Below are positions 28,641 to 36,801 of a DNA stretch of 43,621 nt, in pieces. The notes under the pieces were generated by a model that searched no databases, had not been told where the DNA came from, and was given only the letters and a program-made list of their open reading frames with translations. The DNA is taken from contig QYQC01000162.1 in assembly GCA_007280315.1 (NCBI GenBank), positions 1 through 43,621 of the forward strand, in the 5' to 3' direction. Position 1 is the stretch's first letter. Every line of letters begins with the position of its first letter. Made by a program: the position numbers and the translations under genes. Source of the stretch: Betaproteobacteria bacterium. GTDB taxonomy: Bacteria; Pseudomonadota; Gammaproteobacteria; Burkholderiales; SG8-39.

Positions 28641-30178
28641 CTGGCCGGACGATACAGTTTGATGCTGTTGAGCGGATCGGTCATGAATTCCACGTCCGCG
28701 TTCACGGCGCTGGAATTCTGCGCGCCGGCCGCGTGCAGCGAACGTGTGCCGGATGTGGCCGCCGCCAGTGCGGGACAGACTCCCGCGAGCCGATAAGTGA
28801 CGGCGGTCGCCAGCATACGCTCGGCGGGGTCGCCCAGAGCGTGATCGAAATCATCGGTGGCGGCGCAGGTCGCCGGAACGCCGGTGAGCGGGGTCACCGA
28901 ACCCTTGTTGTTGCGGCCCTCGAATTCGATACCGAAGAACGCCAGGGCGCAATTATTGGCCTGTATGAATCCGTAGGGCTTGCCGCAGGTCGCCGACCCG
29001 ACCAGCAGAACATCGATATCGATGCCCTGCAGTGCGTTGATGAACGATTCGCTCGCCGAGCAGGTGCTGCCGGTCGTCAGCACCGAAATTCGCCTGAGGT
29101 TCAGCGCGCTGAGTGGCTCGCCCGCGCGCGCGTTGTTGCCGAACAGCCTGGTGACAGTGCTGTTGAATGCAATACTCACGTTCGCGGCGCTGCGCTTGTC
29201 GTTGAAAATCAGGGATTCGAATATCTTGCCACTGCTCTGGGCCTGGCCCGCCACCATATAGCCTAGCTGCGAGGCAATATCGATGAAACCGCCGCCGTTG
29301 TAGCGCAGGTCAACCACCAGATCGGTTACGCCCGCCGCGGCAAAACGTTTGAACGCATCGGCCAGCTGTATTTCGCCCACCGGCGTGGAGAAACTATTGA
29401 ATGCGAGATAACCCGTGGTGGCGTCGGGCAGGACCCGATCGACGATGAGTGGCGAAGTGGCGTAGGTCGCGCTCGCCACGGTCAACGTCCGCACCGGTCC
29501 GCCGACAACATCCTGTACGCCGATCAACGACGAAGTGCCAGCGGCGCTGTTGTACAGCTTGTCGGACAGGGCCGTCGGGATGGACGTCGAAGTGGCCACG
29601 CCATTGATCGTCGCCAGCACCATGCCTCGCGCGAATCCGGCGGCCACCGCGGGGCCATTCGGTTCCACATACGCAATTCGATAGATGCTGCCGTTGTTTG
29701 CATCACGCTTAAGCGTAAATCCGACATTCGTCGCGGTCCCGCTTTGAAACAGGGCGTCGGCCTCCGCCTGGGTGCGTACGAAGCTGAAACGATCCTTCGC
29801 CGGCACTCCGCGTACGGTGTAGTCCAGAAAGAGGTTGTTGACGGTATTGGTGTAGGTATTGGGGTCGATGCTCGTCAGCGGCGCGTCGCGGTAGAAGAGG
29901 TAGTTCTCATACAGCCGGGAACGTACCCAGTTTTTCTGCATGCCATCGGTGCAGGTGGCCCCGACCCAGTCGCTTGCGAGGGCGCCCGCGCCCGGGGCAG
30001 CGCTCTCGAGCGCGCCCGCGAACTGTGCCGAAGGCTCGATGCCCACGCCAACCGCAGGGGCGCCACCGCCGCCACTGCCGCCACCGCCACCGCAGCTTGC
30101 CAGCAGCAACGGAAGGATTGCTGCGCAAAACCGTGCCGCAGCTGAGCCCCACAGTGCGCGTGGGTTCGGCGATCGCAC
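28637..30178 (-). CDS. S41-family peptidase lipoprotein
   Basis: Lipobox LLLASC followed by a Gly-rich linker. VVDLRYNGGGFIDIA, catalytic-Ser context TTGSTCSASESF, Lys context TCGKPYG. Start set at GTG 30178 (MRSPNPRALWG...); the ORF is open to TTG 30244. Confidence 0.8.
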   Translation of the reverse strand: MRSPNPRALWGSAAARFCAAILPLLLASCGGGGGSGGGGAPAVGVGIEPSAQFAGALESAAPGAGALASDWVGATCTDGMQKNWVRSRLYENYLFYRDAPLTSIDPNTYTNTVNNLFLDYTVRGVPAKDRFSFVRTQAEADALFQSGTATNVGFTLKRDANNGSIYRIAYVEPNGPAVAAGFARGMVLATINGVATSTSIPTALSDKLYNSAAGTSSLIGVQDVVGGPVRTLTVASATYATSPLIVDRVLPDATTGYLAFNSFSTPVGEIQLADAFKRFAAAGVTDLVVDLRYNGGGFIDIASQLGYMVAGQAQSSGKIFESLIFNDKRSAANVSIAFNSTVTRLFGNNARAGEPLSALNLRRISVLTTGSTCSASESFINALQGIDIDVLLVGSATCGKPYGFIQANNCALAFFGIEFEGRNNKGSVTPLTGVPATCAATDDFDHALGDPAERMLATAVTYRLAGVCPALAAATSGTRSLHAAGAQNSSAVNADVEFMTDPLNSIKLYRPAR

Positions 30179-30250
30179 AACATCTTCCAGCAGGTGCGCA
30201 AAAGTATTCAAGCCAGTTCCTTGCAATGTCCGGTTTGCTTTCAAATCGCG

Positions 30251-30847
30251 TCAGTGCGGCAGCTGCGCGATGAACCGTACGACGCCCGCGAGCAACATCT
30301 CAACGGCGATCGCCGTAAGCACCAGCCCCATCAGACGCTCAACCGCGCTTACGCCGCGCTTTCCGATCCAGCCGCTGATGCGCTGTGCCGAAACCATCAC
30401 CAGGGTGGAGACCAGCATGGCGAGGCTGAGTGCAGCGACCCAGTCCACAACGCGCTGCGGCTCGCGCGATACCAGGAGCAGCACGGTGGCGAGCGCGGAG
30501 GGTCCGGCGATAGCAGGGATCGCCAGGGGCACAATGAAGGTGCCGGTATCTCCGGTGTCACCATGGACGCCGTCGGCATGCGGGAACACCATGCGCAGCG
30601 CAATCAGGAACAGAATCAATCCGCCGGCTATGGCCAGCGCATTATCCGAAAGCCGCAGCAGGTGCATGAATTTGTCGCCGCCGAACATGAACGCGAGCAG
30701 CACTGCGTAGGCGATGGCGCATTCGCGCAGCACTACCCGCGTACGCGCGTCCGGTTCGACGTTTTTCAACACCGAGATCACCAGTGGCATGTTGCCGAAC
30801 GGGTCCATTACCAGGACCAGCAGTATGGTGGCGGAGATAATGTCCAA
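30251..30847 (-). CDS. MarC family (UPF0056) integral membrane protein
   Basis: ILLVLVMDPFGNMPLVISVL and 6 TM helices. Confidence 0.85.
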   Translation of the reverse strand: MDIISATILLVLVMDPFGNMPLVISVLKNVEPDARTRVVLRECAIAYAVLLAFMFGGDKFMHLLRLSDNALAIAGGLILFLIALRMVFPHADGVHGDTGDTGTFIVPLAIPAIAGPSALATVLLLVSREPQRVVDWVAALSLAMLVSTLVMVSAQRISGWIGKRGVSAVERLMGLVLTAIAVEMLLAGVVRFIAQLPH

Positions 30848-30856
30848 GCGAATATC

Positions 30857-32020
30857 CTAAAGTGTGCCGCGCCGGTTGCCGCTGCTAAATCCGATCAGCC
30901 GGTCGGCGTGGTTTTTTCCCATGGCGACGACCTTGAACAACTCCCCCATTTCCGAAGGCGAGAGCAGCTGTTGTGCCGCGGCCGCCTGCGGCAGGTAGGC
31001 TGCGGTATTCTCGGGTGGCGTGCGCAGCATAATGTCGGTGATACCACAGTTGATCAGAAATTGCGCCTGTCCGGTGTAGCCGAGCAGTTCCAGGCCGGCT
31101 TCGCTGCCTGCGCGTGCCACGGCACTAAAATCGACATGGCTGGTGATGTCCTGCAACCCGGGGAGGAAAAACGGATCGGCGTGCGCACGGTGGCGGTAAT
31201 GGCACATCAGCGTGCCGTCGCTGCGTTGGGCATGGTAGTACTCGTGCGCTGGAAAACCGTAGTCGATCAGCAGGATCACGCCGCGTTCCATCGCCTGTGC
31301 CAGCGAGCGCACGAAACCGCAGGCCAGGAGCTGAATCTCGGTTTGATAGCCCTGCGGCAGGTGCAACGGGACCAGCGCAGCGCGCAACTCGGCCGCCGCC
31401 GGCCGCCAGCTCCAGGCGAAGACGTCATCTTTTAGCTCGACGCCGGCCTCCTCCACGTCTGCGGCGCCGATTCTGACCCGGTGCACCGGCATCGCGTCGA
31501 GCACTTCGTTGGCGATGATCAGGCCCTGATACAGCGGGGGCAGCCGGTTGAGCCAGATCACGCGCTCCAGCAGCTGCGGCACCTTCAAAGCGAGAAGATC
31601 ACGCTCGCGCTCGCGCAGGTCCGGGCTTACTTCGAGTATGTAGTAATTGCGCGGCACCCTCCCCAGCCGCTCCAGTTCGGCCAGCAGTGCGGCGGCGAGC
31701 GCGCCGGAGCCGGCGCCGATTTCCAGGATCTGGTCTACGCCGGATTCCAGCACCTCGGCCGCCTGGCGCGCCAGCGTCTGGCCGTAGAGCGGTGTCATTT
31801 CGGGGGCGGTGACGAAATCTCCCTCGCGTCCGAGTTTGCGTGCGCCGGCGGTGTAATAACCCAGGCCCGGCGCGTACAGCGCGAGCTCCATGTAGCGTGC
31901 AAACGGGATCCAGCCGGCGTTGGCGGCGATTTCGCTCGTGATCAGCGCGACAAGTTTCTTGCTGTGCGCAAGCGCATCGGGCGACGGGGCGGGAAGACCG
32001 GACCGATTGGGGGCGGACAT
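30857..32020 (-). CDS. class I SAM-dependent methyltransferase, NDUFAF7/DUF185 family
   Basis: Start at MSAPNRSG (cat 32018-32020). GDFVTAPEMTPLYGQTLA, ILEIGAGSGALAAALL. The longer ORF reaches 32170. Confidence 0.8.
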   Translation of the reverse strand: MSAPNRSGLPAPSPDALAHSKKLVALITSEIAANAGWIPFARYMELALYAPGLGYYTAGARKLGREGDFVTAPEMTPLYGQTLARQAAEVLESGVDQILEIGAGSGALAAALLAELERLGRVPRNYYILEVSPDLRERERDLLALKVPQLLERVIWLNRLPPLYQGLIIANEVLDAMPVHRVRIGAADVEEAGVELKDDVFAWSWRPAAAELRAALVPLHLPQGYQTEIQLLACGFVRSLAQAMERGVILLIDYGFPAHEYYHAQRSDGTLMCHYRHRAHADPFFLPGLQDITSHVDFSAVARAGSEAGLELLGYTGQAQFLINCGITDIMLRTPPENTAAYLPQAAAAQQLLSPSEMGELFKVVAMGKNHADRLIGFSSGNRRGTL

Positions 32021-32059
32021 ATGGGGAATAGTGCGCGATTCCGGTAAAATCTTCAAATC

Positions 32060-32809
32060 ATGTCGGCGCAGCTGCAGAATAAGACCATCCTCATCACCGG
32101 CGCCGCCAAGCGGGTTGGCGCCGCGATCGCGCGCCGGCTGCACCAGGCCGGCGCCCGGCTGGCGCTGCACTACCGTTCATCGGAGCGTGAAGCGCACGTG
32201 CTGCAGGCCGAACTCAACCTGCAACGCGCCCAGTCGGTCATCCTGGTGAAGGCCGATTTGCTGGAAACCGCCGGCCTGGCAGAAATCGTGAAAACCTGCG
32301 TCGAGCACTTCGGTTCGCTCGACGCGCTGGTCAACAATGCCTCGGCATTTTACCCTACGCCGGTAGGGTCGATCGACGAGCGTAACTGGGACGAGCTCGT
32401 CGGCGCCAATCTGAAAGCGCCGCTTTTCCTGTGTCAGGCGGCGGCGCCGCAACTGCGCAAAAGCGGCGGCTGCATTGTCAACATCACCGACATCCATACT
32501 GAGCGGCCGCTGAAGAATTACGTGGTCTACAGCATCGCCAAGGCGGGCCTCGCCGGACTCACCCGCTCGCTCGCGCGCGAGCTGGCGCCGGAAGTGCGCG
32601 TGAACGCAGTTGCGCCGGGGCCGATCGCCTGGCCCGAGGACGGTTCGTTCGACGAAGTGACGCGCCAGCGGGTAATCTCGCACACGCTGTTGAAGCGCAT
32701 CGGCGAACCCGACGATATCGCCCGCGCGGTGTATTTCCTGCTCGCCGAGGCGCCCTACGTAACAGGGCAGATCATCGCGGTGGACGGCGGCAGAAGCGTG
32801 AGCATGTAG
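32060..32809 (+). CDS. pteridine reductase / FolM-like short-chain dehydrogenase
   Basis: TGAAKRVG cofactor motif characteristic of PTR1/FolM, YSIAKAG catalytic YxxxK, 249 aa. Confidence 0.8.
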   Translation: MSAQLQNKTILITGAAKRVGAAIARRLHQAGARLALHYRSSEREAHVLQAELNLQRAQSVILVKADLLETAGLAEIVKTCVEHFGSLDALVNNASAFYPTPVGSIDERNWDELVGANLKAPLFLCQAAAPQLRKSGGCIVNITDIHTERPLKNYVVYSIAKAGLAGLTRSLARELAPEVRVNAVAPGPIAWPEDGSFDEVTRQRVISHTLLKRIGEPDDIARAVYFLLAEAPYVTGQIIAVDGGRSVSM

Positions 32810-32880
32810 ATGAACGCCCCTGTATACCGGATCTTTAACATTGTGGCATGCCAGCGGCGGACTTGCGCGCTGCGCGCGTC

Positions 32881-32929
32881 AACCGCGCTTTCTGTACGGA
32901 TAAGAAGCATCCGTACAGAAAGCGCGGTT
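32881..32929. repeat. perfect 21-bp inverted repeat (hairpin 1) in the folM-ttcA spacer
   Basis: aaccgcgctttctgtacggat - aagaagc - atccgtacagaaagcgcggtt. No flanking T-tract on either strand. Confidence 0.9.
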
Positions 32930-32968
32930 ATGGTTAACAACAAGTACGGCGCGGGGTTTTCATACGAG

Positions 32969-33017
32969 ATCGTCGATTGTGCGCGGATAAATTCTTCATC
33001 CGTGCACTATCGACGAT
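32969..33017. repeat. 20-bp interrupted inverted repeat (hairpin 2)
   Basis: atcgtcgat t gtgcgcggat - aaattcttc - atccgtgcac t atcgacgat. It has one T/T mismatch and one position that would be G-U in RNA. It shares the cggat/atccg apex with hairpin 1. Confidence 0.85.
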
Positions 33018-33019
33018 CC

Positions 33020-33043
33020 GCGCGGACGGTTTTTCGTCCGCGC
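33020..33043. repeat. 9-bp GC-rich hairpin (hairpin 3)
   Basis: gcgcggacg - gttttt - cgtccgcgc, followed by aaaa on the plus strand. It is not a canonical terminator in either orientation. Confidence 0.7.
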
Positions 33044-33096
33044 AAAATAGCAGATCTGCAACGACGGGCGCGCGCTTCTAGTCGCGAGGTATAGAA

Positions 33097-33999
33097 ATGA
33101 ACGCACCCGATCACAAACAGCTGGAAAAGCAGCGCGTCGACGCGAACAAGCTGGAGAAACGCTTGTGCCGCCTCGCCGGGCAGGCGATCGCCGATTTCAA
33201 CATGATCGAAGCAGGCGATCGCGTCATGGTCTGCCTCTCCGGTGGCAAGGACAGCTATGGCCTGCTCGATGTGCTGCTCAAACTGCGCGCGCGCGCGCCG
33301 ATAGCATTCGACATCGTTGCGGTCAATCTCGATCAGAAGCATCCGGGCTATCCGGCGCAGGTACTGCCCGATTACCTGAAGTCGCTCGGCGTCGAGTTTC
33401 TGATCGCGGAGCAGGATACCTATTCGACGGTCAAGCGCCTGATTCCCGAGGGCAAGACCATGTGCTCGCTGTGCTCGCGCCTGCGCCGCGGTGTGCTCTA
33501 CCGTCTGGCGGGCGAACTCGGTGCGACCAGGATTGCGCTCGGCCACCACCGCGACGACATTCTCGAAACGTTTTTTCTGAACCTGTTTTTCGGCGGCAAG
33601 CTGAAGGCGATGCCGCCGAAACTCGCCTCGGATGACGGCAGGCATGTGGTCATTCGCCCGCTCGCCTATGTGAAGGAAAAGGATCTGGCGCGCTACGCCG
33701 AGGTGCGCGCCTTTCCCATCATTCCCTGCGATCTGTGCGGTTCGCAGGACCAGCTGCAAAGAAAACAGGTGAAGCAGCTGTTGCGGCAGTGGGAAAAAGA
33801 TTTCCCGGGGCGGGTCGAAACCATATTCAACAGCCTGCAGCGCATTGCGCCGTCGCATCTTCTGGACCGCAGTCAGTTTGATTTTTCCGCGTTGACTACG
33901 ACCGGGGTGGCTGCGGTGGATGGTGACAAAGCCTTTGATGCAGAAGACTTTTCATCGATATCTGTATCTCCTCTGGTAATCCGGACAGCGCACGACTAG
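33097..33999 (+). CDS. ttcA: tRNA 2-thiocytidine(32) synthetase
   Basis: PP-loop [14 protein letters not shown], Cys motifs [10 protein letters not shown] and [16 protein letters not shown] tail. Confidence 0.92.
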   Translation: MNAPDHKQLEKQRVDANKLEKRLCRLAGQAIADFNMIEAGDRVMVCLSGGKDSYGLLDVLLKLRARAPIAFDIVAVNLDQKHPGYPAQVLPDYLKSLGVEFLIAEQDTYSTVKRLIPEGKTMCSLCSRLRRGVLYRLAGELGATRIALGHHRDDILETFFLNLFFGGKLKAMPPKLASDDGRHVVIRPLAYVKEKDLARYAEVRAFPIIPCDLCGSQDQLQRKQVKQLLRQWEKDFPGRVETIFNSLQRIAPSHLLDRSQFDFSALTTTGVAAVDGDKAFDAEDFSSISVSPLVIRTAHD

Positions 34000-34018
34000 C
34001 CAATCAATCAATTTCAGC

Positions 34019-34047
34019 ATGTCAAACCTAGTTTGTCATGCTAGAAT
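34019..34047 (+). promoter_or_regulatory. candidate sigma-70 promoter giving a leaderless transcript
   Basis: ATGTCA (34019-34024), 17-nt spacer, TAGAAT (34042-34047). The -10 ends 6 nt before ATG 34054, and there is no SD in between. Confidence 0.3.
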
Positions 34048-34053
34048 TTCGGA

Positions 34054-35568
34054 ATGAATTGCGCTGAACGATTGGTATCTATTTTCGGCAGCCAGGCCGA
34101 AGTGGCCAGGCGTTTCCGCCTGGACCGCGCGGTCGTCAATCATTGGGTCAAATCCGGTTATGTTCCGGCGCGCTGGGCGATGGAGGTCGAGCACGCCACC
34201 GAGGGCAGGGTCGCGGCGATCGAAGTGCTCGATGAAGCCAACGCCAAGAAACCCGTCCGAGTCAAATCTCGTCCCGACGATCTGTTCGGGTCGCAACTTC
34301 CAGGGAGTGACGCCATGAGTGATTTTGCACCAGCCAAACGCATCAGTTCGTTTCATCCGCCGCAGCGCACGCTGATGGGGCCCGGGCCGTCCGAAATCAA
34401 CCCGCGCGTAATGGCGGCTATGGGCCTGCCCGCGATCGGCTACCTCGATCCGGTGTTCGTCGAGATGATGGAGGAACTGAAGTCGCTGCTGCGTTACGCC
34501 TATCAGACCAAAAACGCGCTCACGTTTCCCATTTCCGGCCCCGGATCGGTCGGCATGGAATACTGCTTCGTCAACCTGGTGACCCCCGGCGACAAGGTCG
34601 TGGTCTGCAGAAACGGTGTGTTCGGCGGGCGCATGATCGAAAACGTCGAGCGCGCCGGCGGCACCCCCGTAATTGTCGAGGATGCCTGGGGCGAGGCCAT
34701 CGACCCGCAGAAGCTGGAAGATGCGCTGAAGAAACATCCGGACGCACGCCTCGTGGCATTCGTCCACGCCGAGACTTCGACCGGGGTGCAGTCGGACGCG
34801 AAAACACTGGTCGAGATCGCGCACAAACACAAAGCGCTCGCCATAGTCGATGCCGTGACCTCGCTTGGTGGCACGCCGGTGCTGGTGGATGAATGGAAGG
34901 TCGACGCGATTTATTCGGCCAGCCAGAAATGCCTGTCGTGCACGCCGGGCCTGTCGCCGGTGTCGTTCAGCGACCGCGTGGTCGAACACGTCAAGGCGCG
35001 CAAGGACAAGATTCATTCCTGGTTCATGGATATGAACCTGCTCCTGGGCTATTGGGGCGAGACCACCCGCACCTACCATCACACGGCGCCGACCAACAGC
35101 CTGTATGCGCTGCACGAGGCATTGCTGATCCTGAAGGAAGAGGGCATCGAGAACGCCTGGGCCCGCCATATGCGCCATCACATTGCGCTCAAAGCCGGCG
35201 TCGAAGCGATGGGGTTGAAGTTTCTGGTGAAGGAAGAAGCGCAGCTGCCGCAGATGAACGCGGTGCTCATCCCAGAGGCGATCAAAGCGCGCGAGGCCGA
35301 GGTGCGCAAGACGCTGCTCACCGAATTCAACCTCGAGATCGGCGCAGGTCTCGGGCCCCTCGCAGGCAAGATCTGGCGCATCGGCCTGATGGGCTATTCG
35401 TGCAAGCCGGAGAACGTGATGCTATGCCTGTCGGCGCTCGGTTCCGTGCTCTCCGACATGGGCCTGCCGATCCACGTCGGCGATGCCGAAGCGGCGGCGC
35501 ACGGCGCCTACGCCGCGCTGCATTCCAAGGCGGCGCAGCAAAAGCAGCAGAAGAAGCGCGCCGCCTGA
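34054..35568 (+). CDS. class-V aminotransferase (serine-glyoxylate / alanine-glyoxylate type) carrying an in-frame N-terminal YdaS/Cro-like HTH extension
   Basis: One uninterrupted frame. Residues 1-62 are HTH-like (FGSQAEVARRFRLDRAVVNHWVKSGYVPARWAMEVEHATEGRV). The enzyme part starts at M88 (ATG 34315, with GGGAG 7 nt upstream): MSDFAPAKR...LMGPGPSEINPRV...DAVTSLGG...SASQKCLS (PLP Lys). Confidence 0.8.
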   Translation: MNCAERLVSIFGSQAEVARRFRLDRAVVNHWVKSGYVPARWAMEVEHATEGRVAAIEVLDEANAKKPVRVKSRPDDLFGSQLPGSDAMSDFAPAKRISSFHPPQRTLMGPGPSEINPRVMAAMGLPAIGYLDPVFVEMMEELKSLLRYAYQTKNALTFPISGPGSVGMEYCFVNLVTPGDKVVVCRNGVFGGRMIENVERAGGTPVIVEDAWGEAIDPQKLEDALKKHPDARLVAFVHAETSTGVQSDAKTLVEIAHKHKALAIVDAVTSLGGTPVLVDEWKVDAIYSASQKCLSCTPGLSPVSFSDRVVEHVKARKDKIHSWFMDMNLLLGYWGETTRTYHHTAPTNSLYALHEALLILKEEGIENAWARHMRHHIALKAGVEAMGLKFLVKEEAQLPQMNAVLIPEAIKAREAEVRKTLLTEFNLEIGAGLGPLAGKIWRIGLMGYSCKPENVMLCLSALGSVLSDMGLPIHVGDAEAAAHGAYAALHSKAAQQKQQKKRAA

Positions 35569-35600
35569 CGCGACGACGAAACGCCGGACCCGGCGCGCGC

Positions 35601-35652
35601 GTTGGCTACGCCAGCCGGGCGCGTGCGTTGGCTACGCCAGCCGGGCGCGTGC
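35601..35652. repeat. perfect 26-bp tandem duplication (2 copies)
   Basis: gttggctacgccagccgggcgcgtgc occurs twice, at 35601-35626 and 35627-35652. The second copy contains the stop codon and last 6 codons of the nitronate monooxygenase gene. Confidence 0.95.
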
Positions 35653-36591
35653 CGCCTGGTATTCGCTGCGCAGGCGCTCGACCAGTTCGGCGGTGCCGGG
35701 AATGTCCTCGATCTGCCCCACGCCCTGACCTGCGCTCCAGATGTCGCGCCAGGCCTTGCGATGGCTGCCTTCGCCCGAACCGAAATTCATCTTGTCCTTG
35801 TCCGGCGGCGGCAAATTGTCCGGGTCGAGGCCGGTCTGCAGTACGCTGTGTTTCAGGTAGTTGCCGTTGATGCCGGAAAAAAGCGCCGTATACACGATAT
35901 CGTTCGCAGCCGACTTGATGATCATCTGTTTGTAGTCCTCGCTCGCGTTCGCTTCCTTCACCGCGATGAAGCGCGTGCCCATGTATGCCAGATCGGCGCC
36001 CATTGCCTGCGCCGCAAGCACCGATGCGCCGCTGGAAATGGCACCGGCGAGTACGATGGTCTTGTCGAAAAACCTGCGCACTTCAGGCAGCAGCGCGAAC
36101 GGCGACAGCGTGCCCGCATGTCCGCCTGCGCCGGCGCACACCAGGATTAACCCGTCGACGCCGGCCTCGGCGGCTTTGCGCGCATGGCGCACATTGATCA
36201 CGTCGTGCAGCACAATGCCGCCGTAGCTGTGTGCGGCGGCGATGATTTCACCGGGTGGACGCAGGCTGGTGATGATAATCGGCACCTTGAATCGCACGCA
36301 GGTTTCCATGTCGTGCATCAGCCGGTCATTCGATGCGTGCACGATCTGGTTCACCGCGAACGGCGCCACTTTCTTCTGCGGGTGCGCCGACTTGTAAGCG
36401 GCGAGCTCGGTGGTAATGCGCTCCAGCCACACCGCCAGCTGTTCTTTCGGCCTGGCATTCAGCGCCGGGAAAGAACCGACGATGCCGGCCTTGCACTGGG
36501 CGATGACCAGATCCGGTGTGGAGACGATGAACATCGGCGACCCGATCACGGGGAGGGTCAGATTGCCTTCTAACATGGCAGGAACGGGCAT
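35632..36591 (-). CDS. nitronate monooxygenase / NMO-family FMN oxidoreductase
   Basis: PVIGSPMFIVSTPDLVIAQCKAGIVGSFP, VCAGAGGHAG, AAQAMGADLAYMGTRF. Confidence 0.88.
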   Translation of the reverse strand: MPVPAMLEGNLTLPVIGSPMFIVSTPDLVIAQCKAGIVGSFPALNARPKEQLAVWLERITTELAAYKSAHPQKKVAPFAVNQIVHASNDRLMHDMETCVRFKVPIIITSLRPPGEIIAAAHSYGGIVLHDVINVRHARKAAEAGVDGLILVCAGAGGHAGTLSPFALLPEVRRFFDKTIVLAGAISSGASVLAAQAMGADLAYMGTRFIAVKEANASEDYKQMIIKSAANDIVYTALFSGINGNYLKHSVLQTGLDPDNLPPPDKDKMNFGSGEGSHRKAWRDIWSAGQGVGQIEDIPGTAELVERLRSEYQAARARLA

Positions 36592-36732
36592 GATGCATCC
36601 TTTGATAGTTGCTGGAAATCAATGCGGAAGGGTGTATTTTGGCCCCGTCCCGCCGCGTCGGGCGCGGCAATTCCGATTGCGCCGCGACGGCTGATCACGC
36701 ATTATTGCGGATATAAACCAGGCTGCACAGGG

Positions 36733-36775
36733 GCCGGGCCCGCGATCCGGGCTCGCCTCGTCCCCGGCTTTTTTC
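36733..36775 (+). terminator. weak terminator-like stem plus T6 tract inside the 5' leader of the 36802 gene
   Basis: gccggg (36733-36738) pairs with cccggc (36763-36768), followed by tttttt. An inner hairpin gcccg-cgatc-cgggc is present. No upstream plus-strand gene exists to terminate. Confidence 0.2.
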
Positions 36776-36801
36776 TCCACCACAGAAAAAGGGGTCATTT
36801 C

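Noticed and set aside
32810-33094. 94-aa ORF (MNAPVYRIFNIV...) filling the folM-ttcA spacer
   Set aside because: It is read straight through three long palindromes, giving mirror-like peptide segments. It has no SD, and its first codons merely copy the ttcA start. I interpret it as a by-product of the duplication, not a gene.
35601-35652. Possible CRISPR or other repeat array
   Set aside because: There are only two directly abutting copies with no spacers, and one copy is part of a coding sequence. It is a simple tandem duplication.
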